From Bryobacterales bacterium (GTDB taxonomy: Bacteria > Acidobacteriota > Terriglobia > Bryobacterales > JACQDG01), in contig DASREK010000313.1 in assembly GCA_035652135.1 (NCBI GenBank), positions 1 through 63,172 on the forward strand: 63,172 bases of DNA, read 5' to 3'. Of the stretch, positions 1-10,557 are shown one piece after another. Every line of letters begins with the position of its first letter. Within the stretch, counting starts at the first letter, position 1. The position numbers and the translations under genes were made by a program. Below the pieces are notes generated by a model. It was not told where the DNA came from, searched no databases, and was given only the letters and a program-made list of their open reading frames with translations.

Positions 1-917
1 TCCAGCGGCGGACTGTAAGGGACCGGGCAATCCGGCGCTGTGATGCGGACAATCGGCCCGTCCAGGTAATCGAAGGCCTTTTCGCTGATGCGCGCCGCCA
101 GCTCTCCAGCGAGACCTCCGGTCATCGTATCCTCATGCAACAGGATCACTTTGCCGGTTTTGCGAACTGTCTCGAGTACCGCCGCCTCATCCAGCGGCGC
201 CAAGGTGCGCAGGTCGACGATCTCGAGGTCGATACCCTCGCCGGCCAGAGTGGCGGCTGCTTCGAGGGCTACGTGGACCATGGCGCCGTAGGTGATCACG
301 CTGATATCCTGGCCCGCCCGCCGAATGGCCGCCTTGCCCAACGGAACAACGTAGTCGCCGGCAGGCAGATCCTCCTTGACCTTTCGATACAGCGCCTTGT
401 GCTCGAAGAACAAAACTGGGTCGTTATCGCGGATTGCCGCCTTGATCAGCCCCTTGGCATCATATGCCGTAGCCGGGGCCACAACTTTCAGGCCGGGCGT
501 GTGCACGAACGGCATTTCGGGGTTCTGCGAATGGAACGGCCCTCCATGGATGCCGCCTCCCGAGGGTCCCCGAATTACCATCGGGACCCCGGCGCCCCAT
601 CGGTACCGGCTCTTGGCTGCAAAATTCACAATCTGATCGTAAGCGCACGAGATGAAGTCGGCGAACTGCATTTCCACGACCGGGCGCAGGCCGGCGATCG
701 CGGCGCCCGTGCCAGCCGCCACAATGGCTGCTTCTGACAAGGGCGCGTCGATCACCCGCCGCTCGCCGAAACGGTCCAGCAGGCCTGCGGTCACTTTGAA
801 TGCGCCGCCGTAGGCGCCGACATCCTCGCCTATCACAAACACGGAGTCGTCGCGCTCCATCTCCTCCCAGATACCCTGGCGGATAGCCTCGACGTAGGTG
901 GTGGGGCCGGCGCTCAT
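1..917 (-). CDS. 2-oxoacid (pyruvate/branched-chain) dehydrogenase E1 beta subunit; 3' end cut by window edge
   Basis: My own translation of the minus strand from ATG at 917 gives MSAGPTTYVEAIRQGIWEEMERDDSVFVIGEDVGAYGGAFKVTAGLLDRFGERRVIDAPLSE... This is a transketolase-like E1-beta signature. The gene lies 16 nt downstream of the E1-alpha gene. Confidence 0.85.
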   Translation of the reverse strand, partial: MSAGPTTYVEAIRQGIWEEMERDDSVFVIGEDVGAYGGAFKVTAGLLDRFGERRVIDAPLSEAAIVAAGTGAAIAGLRPVVEMQFADFISCAYDQIVNFAAKSRYRWGAGVPMVIRGPSGGGIHGGPFHSQNPEMPFVHTPGLKVVAPATAYDAKGLIKAAIRDNDPVLFFEHKALYRKVKEDLPAGDYVVPLGKAAIRRAGQDISVITYGAMVHVALEAAATLAGEGIDLEIVDLRTLAPLDEAAVLETVRKTGKVILLHEDTMTGGLAGELAARISEKAFDYLDGPIVRITAPDCPVPYSPPL

Positions 918-933
918 TGCCGATTCCTTTGGC

Positions 934-1923
934 TTATTCGTAAACCCCGTCCAGCAGGGTGGAGGGATCGGGCATGGGCGACTGCTCAGCCCACGCGACG
1001 GCTTCGTCAACCTCCGCCAGAATACGCGCGTGAAGACGCTTAAAATCGACTTCGGTGGCCCAGTTGCGTTCGACCATATACTTCTGAAGCATCAAAATCG
1101 GATCTTTTTTGGACCACTCCTCAAATTTCGCCTTGGGCACATACTCGGCCGCGTCGTGGGCCGAGTGACCGGTCATGCGGAACGTCTTGCACTCGATCAT
1201 ATAAGGCCCGCGCCCTCCGCGTGCATGCGCGACGGCCCGGCGGGCGGCCTGATGCACGGCGATTACGTCGTTGCCGTCCACGATCTCGGCGGGAATGCCG
1301 TACGCCGAAGCCCGATCGGCAACATTGGGAACCGCCATTTGCTTTTCCAGGGGCGTGGAGTATGCGAATTGGTTGTTATTGCATAAATAAACAACCGGGA
1401 GTTTCTGAACGGCGGCGAAATTGACGCCCTCGTGCCAGTCCCCGCGGCTGGTGGCCCCATCGCCGAAATAGGAGAAGACTATGTTCGGCTGCCCGCGGTA
1501 GCGCATCGCCAGCGCGATGCCGCCAGCTACCGGCACACTGGCTCCTATGCTGCTGATGATGGGGAGAATATGCAGATCCAGATCTCCCATATGCATGTTG
1601 CCGTCCCTGCCCCGCGTCGGACCCGTCGCCCGGCCCAGATATTGTGCAAAAATCCGTTTCGACTCCATGCCGCGGACCAGAAATGCTCCCATGTCCCGGT
1701 GGGTCGGGCAGATCCAATCCCCTTTTTCGGCCAGAATGGCGCTGCCCACAGGAATGGCCTCCTGCCCGCGGCCCGTGTAACAGCCGCCAAGAATCTTCCC
1801 CTGCCGGTAGAGCTTGAGCTCGATTCGATTTTCAATCTCCCGCATCAGCTCCAGGTAGTAGAGCATGCGGCTGCACAGATCCTGCGTTACCTCGGGCGCG
1901 ACTGGCGTAGCGGTTGTCATCAT
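934..1923 (-). CDS. 2-oxoacid dehydrogenase E1 alpha subunit (TPP-dependent)
   Basis: ORF 934..2034. It carries the TPP motif FGDGATSRGDWHEGVNFAAV...CNNNQFAYSTP. I moved the start to MMTTATP (1923), because the longer N-terminal extension looks non-coding and would run into the divergent gene. Confidence 0.85.
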   Translation of the reverse strand: MMTTATPVAPEVTQDLCSRMLYYLELMREIENRIELKLYRQGKILGGCYTGRGQEAIPVGSAILAEKGDWICPTHRDMGAFLVRGMESKRIFAQYLGRATGPTRGRDGNMHMGDLDLHILPIISSIGASVPVAGGIALAMRYRGQPNIVFSYFGDGATSRGDWHEGVNFAAVQKLPVVYLCNNNQFAYSTPLEKQMAVPNVADRASAYGIPAEIVDGNDVIAVHQAARRAVAHARGGRGPYMIECKTFRMTGHSAHDAAEYVPKAKFEEWSKKDPILMLQKYMVERNWATEVDFKRLHARILAEVDEAVAWAEQSPMPDPSTLLDGVYE

Positions 1924-2058
1924 GGCGAACGTGTCGTAATGTAGCGCAACAGATTGGGCTTTGCAAGTGGATGGCCGGTACTGTGGGCCGCGGTACTGGA
2001 GCAGGGAACTTTTTGCTCCGGCTCCTCGTATCACCTTACGTCAGGCAGGCAAACGGAT

Positions 2059-2409
2059 ATGGCCACAGCCCCCAACGCCGCCGCGTATTGCCGCCGCTGT
2101 GGAGTCATGTTCCAAGCCGAGGATCGCTATTGCCGCAATTGCGGTTACGACTCTGCCGCTCCTCTGGGTGCCTCCGTTCCCACAGGAACGCCGGCGGAGG
2201 CTTCCAGCCGGAGGCGCAGTGCGGCGGCGCTGCTCTGTTTCTTCCTGGGGGTTTTCGGCGCCCATCGTTTCTATGCCGGACGAATCGGAACAGGTCTCCT
2301 CTGGCTGTTCACATTCGGCCTGCTGACCTTTGGCATGCTGTTTGATCTGATTTTGATTCTTGCGGGCGAATTTCGGGATGCCGAGGGGCGCAAAATCCTC
2401 GTCTGGTAA
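2059..2409 (+). CDS. Zinc-ribbon plus TM2-domain membrane protein
   Basis: N-terminus has CRRCG...CRNCG. The C-terminus has GAHRFYAGRIGTGLLWLFTFG, typical of the TM2 domain. Start chosen at MATAPN within ORF 1954..2409. Confidence 0.7.
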   Translation: MATAPNAAAYCRRCGVMFQAEDRYCRNCGYDSAAPLGASVPTGTPAEASSRRRSAAALLCFFLGVFGAHRFYAGRIGTGLLWLFTFGLLTFGMLFDLILILAGEFRDAEGRKILVW

Positions 2410-2421
2410 CGCCCGCGAAAG

Positions 2422-3810
2422 TTACAGAGTGGCTGCCCTCCGCACGGCCGGCTTGCGGCGCAAGACCAGCAGATAGATCAGCGCGCCGCCGGCCATGGTC
2501 AGCAAGCCCAGCCCCGATTCTTTGGGGCGCAGCAGCACCATATAGATCAGCACCCAGGCGCTGATGGCTACATAGACGCCGGGAATCAGCGGAAATGCGA
2601 CGTTTGCCGCCGGCAAGGATTTCCAGCCGGGACGCCGTCTCAGACGAAACACTCCCAGCACGGCAAGCATTGTGAAAAGCCAGAGGCTAAAGCCGACGTA
2701 TTGTACGAGGCTTTCGAACGTGCCGGTGATGATGAGTACGCAGCAGCAGGCGCCCTGCGCCCATATGGCGACCCACGGCGTGTTCCAGCGGGGATGAATG
2801 CGCTCGGCGGCGCGGAAAAAAGCTCCATTTTCCGCCATGGCGTAGTAAACGCGGGGTCCGATGATCGTCATGGCATTGACGGTGGAAAGAAGGGCCAGCG
2901 CCATCAGCGCGCTGAAGGCTCCGGCGACCGCCGGCCCGAAGAGGGACCGCGCTGCGAGCGATCCCACGCCTACTACGCCTTTCATCGCATCGAGCGGAGC
3001 ACCGTAGATGAATACGATATTTAGCCCGGCGTAGAGCGCCGCGACCAGCGCCGTTCCGGCCAGCAGAGACCGGGGAAGCGTCCGCTCGGGGTCGCGGAGC
3101 TCCCCGGCCACGTAAGTGGCCGCGTTCCAGCCGCTGTAGCCGAAAAACACCCACACCAGGCTGATAAGAAATTGCACCCCCAGCGAGTGCGGCGATGTAC
3201 GCTGCGCCGCTGCCATGAAATGACCCCAGTCGCCGTGTCCGATGCTCGCCCCCAACACGATGAAGCACACAATGGTGATGATCTTCAGAGTGGTCAGCAG
3301 ATTTTGTATCCGTGCGGCCCGAAGAAGTCCAAAGACGTTGAGCGTCGTGAACGCCAAAACCACGGCGCAAGCCACCAGTTGCGCCGGCCCAAGATGCACT
3401 GTTAGAAAGGCTGCCTGAATCGAACCCGAGCCGCCGGCTTTAAGAGCCGGGAAGAAATAAGCCAAATAGCCGGCAACAGCCAGCGCTCCCGCGGCGATCG
3501 GCGCCGAAAAGCCCGCAAAGAATGAAACCCAGCCGGTCAGAAAGCCCCACCCGGGTCCCCAGGCTTCGGTCAGGTAGACATACTCGCCGCCCGAACGGGG
3601 AAAGTTGATCCCGAGCTCGGAGTAACAGAGCGCGCCGGCCAGAGCCAGCACCGCGCCGGCAAACCAGATCGCCACAACCAGCCACGCCGATCCAAGATCG
3701 CCAGCCAGAAAACCGGTGGTCGTGAAGATCCCGGTACCGATCATGTTCGAGACGACGATCGCCGTGGCGCTGAAAACCCCGAGTTCGCGTAGCAGCTTCG
3801 GTTGGGGCAT
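2422..3810 (-). CDS. Amino acid/polyamine (APC family) permease
   Basis: 462 aa with about 12 hydrophobic segments. The N-terminal ATAIVVSNMIGTGIFTTTG motif is typical of APC transporters. Confidence 0.8.
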   Translation of the reverse strand: MPQPKLLRELGVFSATAIVVSNMIGTGIFTTTGFLAGDLGSAWLVVAIWFAGAVLALAGALCYSELGINFPRSGGEYVYLTEAWGPGWGFLTGWVSFFAGFSAPIAAGALAVAGYLAYFFPALKAGGSGSIQAAFLTVHLGPAQLVACAVVLAFTTLNVFGLLRAARIQNLLTTLKIITIVCFIVLGASIGHGDWGHFMAAAQRTSPHSLGVQFLISLVWVFFGYSGWNAATYVAGELRDPERTLPRSLLAGTALVAALYAGLNIVFIYGAPLDAMKGVVGVGSLAARSLFGPAVAGAFSALMALALLSTVNAMTIIGPRVYYAMAENGAFFRAAERIHPRWNTPWVAIWAQGACCCVLIITGTFESLVQYVGFSLWLFTMLAVLGVFRLRRRPGWKSLPAANVAFPLIPGVYVAISAWVLIYMVLLRPKESGLGLLTMAGGALIYLLVLRRKPAVRRAATL

Positions 3811-3928
3811 GGGCTACAATCTATACCACAAGCATCCCTCGGCGCTCTTCCGTGCGGCTCGATGCAGCTCTCCAGCGGCTTCGCAATCGATGTACAACCA
3901 AAAGCCGGCGCGGCCGGACGGCGCGATA

Positions 3929-4789
<861 letters not shown>

Positions 4790-4934
4790 AGCGCGTTGAT
4801 TCGCAGGAACGAACCAGGATATCAGGAATCAAAAACGGAGACGAATCGGCAGGGGCAGAATGAAGCGGAGACGTACCGCCCGGCGCAAACATGCTTTCCG
4901 CGCCTGCGCCGCGCTTTCGGCTGCTATGGTACGC

Positions 4935-5120
4935 CTACGCCTGAGACAAAAGGCTGCCTACCCTGGAAAAGATGGTGCTAATGGAGGAACTGACTGGGGG
5001 GAAAGCCGCTCCTATAGCCACGGTAATAAAGCCGGCCATCAGCGCATACTCTACCAAGTCCTGGCCGCGAGTGTCTGTCCACAGGCGAGCGATCACAAGG
5101 GCTTTCGTAATCTGTGCCAT
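4935..5120 (-). CDS. flp: Flp/Fap family type IVb pilin precursor
   Basis: MAQITKALVIARLWTDTRGQDLVEYALMAGFITVAIGA carries the G/xxxxEY prepilin motif followed by a hydrophobic helix. An AGGAAG Shine-Dalgarno sequence lies just upstream of ATG 5120. The longer ORF 4935..5258 was rejected. Confidence 0.7.
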   Translation of the reverse strand: MAQITKALVIARLWTDTRGQDLVEYALMAGFITVAIGAAFPPVSSSISTIFSRVGSLLSQA

Positions 5121-5293
5121 GTCCACTTCCTTTGCCCCCAACATAGGAACAGCGTCCACGCAAGGGCGTCCAGAGGCGATCATAAGGGACACTCTCCCCT
5201 CGTACAATTCGCCGAAAGACATATTCTTGATGTGTCCATAGTCGTATGACTCCGGCAAGACAAAACGATTGTCTCTGGCCTGGTGTACGGCGG

Positions 5294-5319
5294 GAAAACA
5301 AAAAAGCGCGCCGCGGAGG
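5294..5319 (-). terminator. Putative intrinsic terminator after the Ser/Thr kinase gene
   Basis: On the minus strand the stop codon is followed by the short GC hairpin GCCUCCGCGGCGCGC, then UUUUUUGUUUU. Confidence 0.45.
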
Positions 5320-7266
5320 CTAGGGATTCTGGAGAGTCATGCGGACGGAATGCAGGCTGTCGTCAGTGATCTCGATGGTCTGTTCGGCGGCGCCCACTCC
5401 CTCTTTGCTTGCGGTGATGACGTGGCGCCCGGGCGGCAGCTTCAAGGCTTTGGGGGTTTCCCCTTCGACCGGCTTGCCGTCAACAGTGATGGTCGCTCCC
5501 GGCGGCACGGTGGAAAGCATAACCGTGCCCAGGATCGGGTGCATCGTAATCTGCACGTCGATCGGCCGATTGCCTACCGTAATTTCCCGCCTTTCGGTCT
5601 GAAAACCGGCTTGCGACAGCAGCAGCGTGTGCGAGCCTGCCTTCACCGGAATGGAACAGGGCGTTATGCAAGCGGTCAGATCGTCCCCATCGACGACGGC
5701 TCGCGCGCCTGGCTCGCTGGTGGAAATGTTAACCACGCCGCCGCCGGCGGCCGTCTTGGAGGCATTCGATCCTGAGCGTTCCGCACCGGATTTTTCTATT
5801 GGGATCGGCTTTTCCGGGGCTGTCGAGGCATCTTGCGGAGCGGCTGCGGCCGGAGGCGCGCTCGCCAGATTCGAGGCGGGCGCCGGCGGGTTGGGCGGCG
5901 TGGGCGCCGTGCCTGCCGGTTCCACGCTCATACTGGGTTTCTCTTGCGCCGGCTGGGCGCGGTGCATCTGCCAGAAAATTTCGCCTCCAACTGCGGCCAG
6001 CAAAGCGGCTACGGCAAAGAGCAGCACCCCCCGGCCGCGGGACACCGGCTCCGACGGGGGCGGCGGCAAACCAGCCCTGGGCGCAAGGGCATCCCTGACT
6101 TCCAGTGGAGGCAGTTTTTCGGCTCGCTCTGGGCCTGGGCCGGGCTCGATCGCGGAGGGAGCCGCAGCACTCTGGCTCCCGGCAAGGCTTTGCGGCGGCG
6201 TTTCTTCAGCGGCTGCTGCCGCCTCATTTACCGCCGCTTCTGGAAAATGGATCGCCTCGCTCGGCGCCGCAGCCGGGCCGAGCGGCGCCGCCGGCAATGG
6301 AGGAGATCCTGCCATCTCCACGACCGTCGGGAGATCTTCGGCGCGCGATGCTGGCTTATCGGGCTGCGTCATCACCGCCGGATCACTGGCCTCGGTTGTC
6401 GCGAACAGGGAAGGCATCTTCCGGAGCGTCGGCGTGAGGTTTGCGGTTTGAGCCACGGCCAGTTGCAGAGCTTCGGCGAAATCGCGGCAGCTCGCGAAGC
6501 GCTCCGCGGGCTCCTTAGCGAGAGCCTTCATCACTACGGCATTCACCTTGCTCCCAATGCTCGGATTGATTTCCTTCGGCGGGACCGGGCTCTCGCTAAC
6601 GATCTTGAAGATGACCGTGGTGATGCTGTCGCCCAGAAACGGCTTCTGGCCCGTGAGCATTTCGTACAGCACCACGGCCAGAGAAAACTCGTCCGAACGC
6701 CCGTCCACCACTGCGCCTCGGACCTGCTCGGGGGACATGTAGCTCGGCGTGCCCATCACCGTCCCCGTATGCGTGAATTTCGAGGAGGCGATGCGCGCGA
6801 TTCCGAAGTCGGTGATTTTCACCGCGCCTTCGGTATTCACCATGATGTTGCCTGGCTTGATGTCGCGGTGAACAATGCCCTTGCTATGTGCGTAGTCCAA
6901 AGCCTGCGCCGTCTGAGTGGCAATGGATACGAGATATTTGGCGTCTCCCACGAGCCCGGCATCCAGCATTTTCTCGAGAGTCTGCCCCTCGACGAACTCC
7001 ATGGTGATGTAGGCTTGATCGCTTTCCTCAGCGATGTCGTAGATGGTGACAATCCCTGGATGCGACAGGATGCCGGCCGACTGCGCTTCGCGAAAGAGGC
7101 GGCTGCGAAGCTGTTCGCGTTCTTCTGGATGAGCCAGATCACCGAGGCGGATTGTTTTGATAGCGACCAGCCGGCCGATTGTCGGGTCCTGGGCTTTGTA
7201 AACCACGCCCATCGCGCCGCGGCCCAACTCCGACAACACACGGTAGCGACCGATCTGTTGCAGCAC
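5320..7266 (-). CDS. Ser/Thr protein kinase with Pro/Ala-rich linker, one TM helix and extracytoplasmic PEGA domains
   Basis: Kinase motifs are present: GRGAMGVVYKA, HRDIKPGNIM, DFGIA, SYMSPEQ. A TM segment (LLFAVAALLAAVGGEIFW) follows. The C-terminal repeats are PEGA-like (VVDGDDL...SHTLLLSQAGF; ITVDGKPV...HVITASKEG). Confidence 0.9.
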   Translation of the reverse strand: MLQQIGRYRVLSELGRGAMGVVYKAQDPTIGRLVAIKTIRLGDLAHPEEREQLRSRLFREAQSAGILSHPGIVTIYDIAEESDQAYITMEFVEGQTLEKMLDAGLVGDAKYLVSIATQTAQALDYAHSKGIVHRDIKPGNIMVNTEGAVKITDFGIARIASSKFTHTGTVMGTPSYMSPEQVRGAVVDGRSDEFSLAVVLYEMLTGQKPFLGDSITTVIFKIVSESPVPPKEINPSIGSKVNAVVMKALAKEPAERFASCRDFAEALQLAVAQTANLTPTLRKMPSLFATTEASDPAVMTQPDKPASRAEDLPTVVEMAGSPPLPAAPLGPAAAPSEAIHFPEAAVNEAAAAAEETPPQSLAGSQSAAAPSAIEPGPGPERAEKLPPLEVRDALAPRAGLPPPPSEPVSRGRGVLLFAVAALLAAVGGEIFWQMHRAQPAQEKPSMSVEPAGTAPTPPNPPAPASNLASAPPAAAAPQDASTAPEKPIPIEKSGAERSGSNASKTAAGGGVVNISTSEPGARAVVDGDDLTACITPCSIPVKAGSHTLLLSQAGFQTERREITVGNRPIDVQITMHPILGTVMLSTVPPGATITVDGKPVEGETPKALKLPPGRHVITASKEGVGAAEQTIEITDDSLHSVRMTLQNP

Positions 7267-7430
7267 GCCGGCTCTCCGTTAACGTTAAACACTTTAGCAC
7301 AGGCAAAGGCGGCCACATTTGTTTCGGAACGATGGCACAGCCATCTGCTGGTTGCGGCGCCGGACGTTCGCCGGCGTGCTTCAAACGCGCATCGCCTTCG
7401 GCGGGGCGCTGGCGAAAAGTGGCTGTGGAT

Positions 7431-8789
7431 TTACTGGGGCCTGCCCACGCTGATGTACTCGAAGCCGCGCCGCCGCATCTCTTCCGGCCGGAACATATTG
7501 CGGCCGTCGATAATAAGGGGCCGGGCCATCGACTCCCGGATGCGGGCGAAATCCGCGCACAAAAACTCTTGCCACTCGGTGAAAATGACCAGCGCGTCCG
7601 CGCCGCTGGCGGCCTGTTCGGCTGACTGGCAGTAAACGATGCGATGAGAGGCGCTCGGAAGCGCGGCGCAAGCTTCCTTGATCGCTCGCGGATCGTAAGC
7701 GGCCACAGTAGCGCCTTCCGCCAACAGTTTCTCGATGACGGCAAGCGCCGGCGCAAAGCGGACATCGTCGGTGTCAGGCTTAAACGCCAAGCCCCATGCG
7801 CCGATCCGCTTGCCTTTGAGCACCCATACCTCATTTTTGATTTTTTGGAAAAAGTGTTCCATTTGGAGCTGGTTGATGCGCTCCACTTCCCGCAGCAACC
7901 GGAAATCGTAGCCGTTTTTTTCCGCAATGTGGCAAAAAGCCTGAAGGTCTTTCGGAAAGCAAAATCCGCCGAACCCGATTCCGGCGCGGAGGAAACTCGG
8001 GCCGATCCGGCTGTCGAGTCCCATTCCGGCGGCGACCTGCTCGACATCGGCGCCCACCTTCTCGCAAAGGGTGGCGATAGCGTTGATGAAGGAAATCTTG
8101 GTCGCCAGAAAGGAGTTCGAGGCGTGCTTGATGATCTCAGCGCTGTTGCGGTTGGTCACCACCAGGGGCGTGCTGCGGCCCTTCCACTCGCATCCCTCGT
8201 GGATGGGGCAATCGAAGCTTTGCCGCAGAATCGGGTCATAGATTTCGCGGAGCAACGCTTCGGCCCGCTCGCTTTCCACTCCAATCACCGTCCGCTGCGG
8301 ATGCAGGAAGTCGTGAATGGCGGCGCCTTCGCTCAAGAACTCGGGATTGGAAGCTACATCGAAGGGCGCCGAGCCGCCATAGATCTGCATGGTGGCGTGA
8401 ATCCTCTTGCCCGTGAGCACAGGAACCGTGCTCTTTTCCACGATGAGCTTGTAAGAGCGGGAGTGCGTCGCGATCTGTCTCGTCACCTTTTCCACGCTCG
8501 ACAGATCGGCCTCGCCATTGGGCAGAGGCGGCGTGCCTAAACAGAGAAAAATCACGTCCGCATCGTTGATATGCGGCTCAAGGTCGCTGAAAAAACGGAT
8601 CCGGCCGCGCTCGCTGTTGCGCTGGAGAAGCCTATCCATGTGCGGCTCATAAAACGGCGTGACCCCGCGCGCGAGAGCCTCAATTTTTGCCGTGTCGGTG
8701 TCGTGACAGCCTACTTCATGGCCGATTTCGGCGAAACAGAGGCCCACGACCAGGCCTACGTGACCGGTGCCCACTACCGTGATCTTCAT
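7431..8789 (-). CDS. ugd: UDP-glucose 6-dehydrogenase
   Basis: MKITVVGTGHVGLVVG Rossmann motif at the N-terminus. The catalytic GFGGFCFPKD motif is present. Length is 452 aa. Confidence 0.9.
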   Translation of the reverse strand: MKITVVGTGHVGLVVGLCFAEIGHEVGCHDTDTAKIEALARGVTPFYEPHMDRLLQRNSERGRIRFFSDLEPHINDADVIFLCLGTPPLPNGEADLSSVEKVTRQIATHSRSYKLIVEKSTVPVLTGKRIHATMQIYGGSAPFDVASNPEFLSEGAAIHDFLHPQRTVIGVESERAEALLREIYDPILRQSFDCPIHEGCEWKGRSTPLVVTNRNSAEIIKHASNSFLATKISFINAIATLCEKVGADVEQVAAGMGLDSRIGPSFLRAGIGFGGFCFPKDLQAFCHIAEKNGYDFRLLREVERINQLQMEHFFQKIKNEVWVLKGKRIGAWGLAFKPDTDDVRFAPALAVIEKLLAEGATVAAYDPRAIKEACAALPSASHRIVYCQSAEQAASGADALVIFTEWQEFLCADFARIRESMARPLIIDGRNMFRPEEMRRRGFEYISVGRPQ

Positions 8790-9000
8790 GCGTTCATCCC
8801 TGCGCCTGCAATGCAGCCGTAATTCGTAAGTATGAAAAAAAGGCGGCGATCCCGCAACCCAATTCGCGCGACGCCAGTCATTGTGGATTCATTCCGCAGC
8901 GGCGGAATTCCGCGCATTAAGCTCGAGGCTGATTCCGAAGTCCCGAATCTGACTGGGTGGGGAGCCGGGAAAATCGGAAGCCGCCGGCAAACCGGCTTTC

Positions 9001-10557
9001 TTACTCCCGGACGCGGGCGTCGTAAACGAGGTTTGCGCCTCGAGTGACATGGACGCTGGCGATTTCAGCCTTTAGTGCGTCGATCTGGTCGTCCGGCTGG
9101 AAATCCTCCACCTCGGTCGAGAAAATCAAGTAATCTCCCTCCGGCAGACCGCCGAACCGGTACTCTCCCAATAGATTGGTTTTTTGCGAGCGGAGTCCGC
9201 CGAGGCGGTACCGATTTTGAGGGTCCAGCGGATAGCAGATGATGGAGACGCCGCGGGCGGGCTGCCCGCTGCTGTCCGTTACACGCCCGTGGACCCGTCC
9301 CGCGTCCCGGCGAATACGAATCACTGCGGAAGCTCTCCGGTTCGGCGGCAATACGAAGCCGCTCAGGGCTTCTTTGCCGTCGAGGGTAATATCGTCTACA
9401 ACCGCCGACTCGGGACAAATCACGAAAAATCGCCAGCCGCCGGGCATCAGACCGGGGCTGGAGTAGACGCCTTGGCGGAATTCCAGGCGGATGGGCTGTG
9501 TTCTCGCGCCGTTTTCCACGCGAGACAGGAAAACGAGAATCTGCGGATCGTTTTGCTCCACGCCTTTCTCATCCACCACGCGCACGCTCACCTGCGGCGC
9601 CGGAGTGAGGCTGAGAGTATAGCCCTCCTGGTCGCCATGAATTTCCAGCGGCTGATAGGCGCACAGCTTGCCCTGCGGAGCATCCAGTTCGGCCACCAGC
9701 GTATAGCGCCCGGGCACGAGACCGCCGAAGGCGAACTGTCCGAAAGCGCCGGCGGTGGTTTCCCGCTTTTCTTCGTCCCGGAATAACGTGATATTGGCCC
9801 GGCTGTGAGGAAACCGCGGTGCGCCGCCAACAATCCCGGAAAAGTGCAGCAGCGCGCCGGCAATGGGCTGGATCTGAATGTTTTCCGTCTCGCGGCCGAT
9901 GGTTACGTTCACCACGCGGGCCTCGGCCATCTCCAGAGTTTTGGGATAGTAGGTGGGCAGCAAGCCGGTTCCGTCCGGCAATTCCCTCGGCGCGGTAGCG
10001 ACGTAGTACCGGCCAGGCTGGAGGCCCGGGATCCGGAAGTAGCCGCGGTCGTCGGTGACTGCCGAAAAAAGGACATGCCCCGAAATGGCGTGCGGCTCGG
10101 CCGTGATGGCGTTGACTGTAAAGTCGGGGATACCTTCGCCGTTTTCATCGACCACCCATCCCGTGATGGCGCCCAGGCGATGCAAACGAATTTCGGCCGA
10201 AAAGCCGGCTCCGGCTCCCAGCGCGATCGGCCGGCCCACCCGATCCCAGCTTTTCTGGCCATAACGGCCGGTGGCGAAGTTCGCGCGGCTCGCCTTCACC
10301 AGGTAATAGCCAGGGGGCAACTGATCGAATACATAACGGCCCTGGCGGTCTGTCAACACGGTCCGAACCGGTGATCCATCCGCCTGGGTCAACACCACGG
10401 CGCTGCCCGCCAGGGCAGCCCCGGTATCCGCATTCGTCACGATTCCAGAAATCGTCCCCAGCGACTCGGCCCCGAGAATACTTGACAGCAGCAGCGGCAT
10501 CCAATAGACCAGCAAGGCCAGACGGCGCCGAGTTCGGACCCGCAATTCGCCCGTCAT
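9001..10557 (-). CDS. Secreted protein made of tandem carboxypeptidase-regulatory-like (CarboxypepD_reg) domains
   Basis: Signal peptide, followed by repeated G.V.D..G.P......V motifs (GIVTNADTGAALAGSAVV; GWVVDENGEGIPDF; GRVTDSSGQPARGVSI). The gene overlaps the upstream gene by 4 nt. Confidence 0.7.
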   Translation of the reverse strand: MTGELRVRTRRRLALLVYWMPLLLSSILGAESLGTISGIVTNADTGAALAGSAVVLTQADGSPVRTVLTDRQGRYVFDQLPPGYYLVKASRANFATGRYGQKSWDRVGRPIALGAGAGFSAEIRLHRLGAITGWVVDENGEGIPDFTVNAITAEPHAISGHVLFSAVTDDRGYFRIPGLQPGRYYVATAPRELPDGTGLLPTYYPKTLEMAEARVVNVTIGRETENIQIQPIAGALLHFSGIVGGAPRFPHSRANITLFRDEEKRETTAGAFGQFAFGGLVPGRYTLVAELDAPQGKLCAYQPLEIHGDQEGYTLSLTPAPQVSVRVVDEKGVEQNDPQILVFLSRVENGARTQPIRLEFRQGVYSSPGLMPGGWRFFVICPESAVVDDITLDGKEALSGFVLPPNRRASAVIRIRRDAGRVHGRVTDSSGQPARGVSIICYPLDPQNRYRLGGLRSQKTNLLGEYRFGGLPEGDYLIFSTEVEDFQPDDQIDALKAEIASVHVTRGANLVYDARVRE

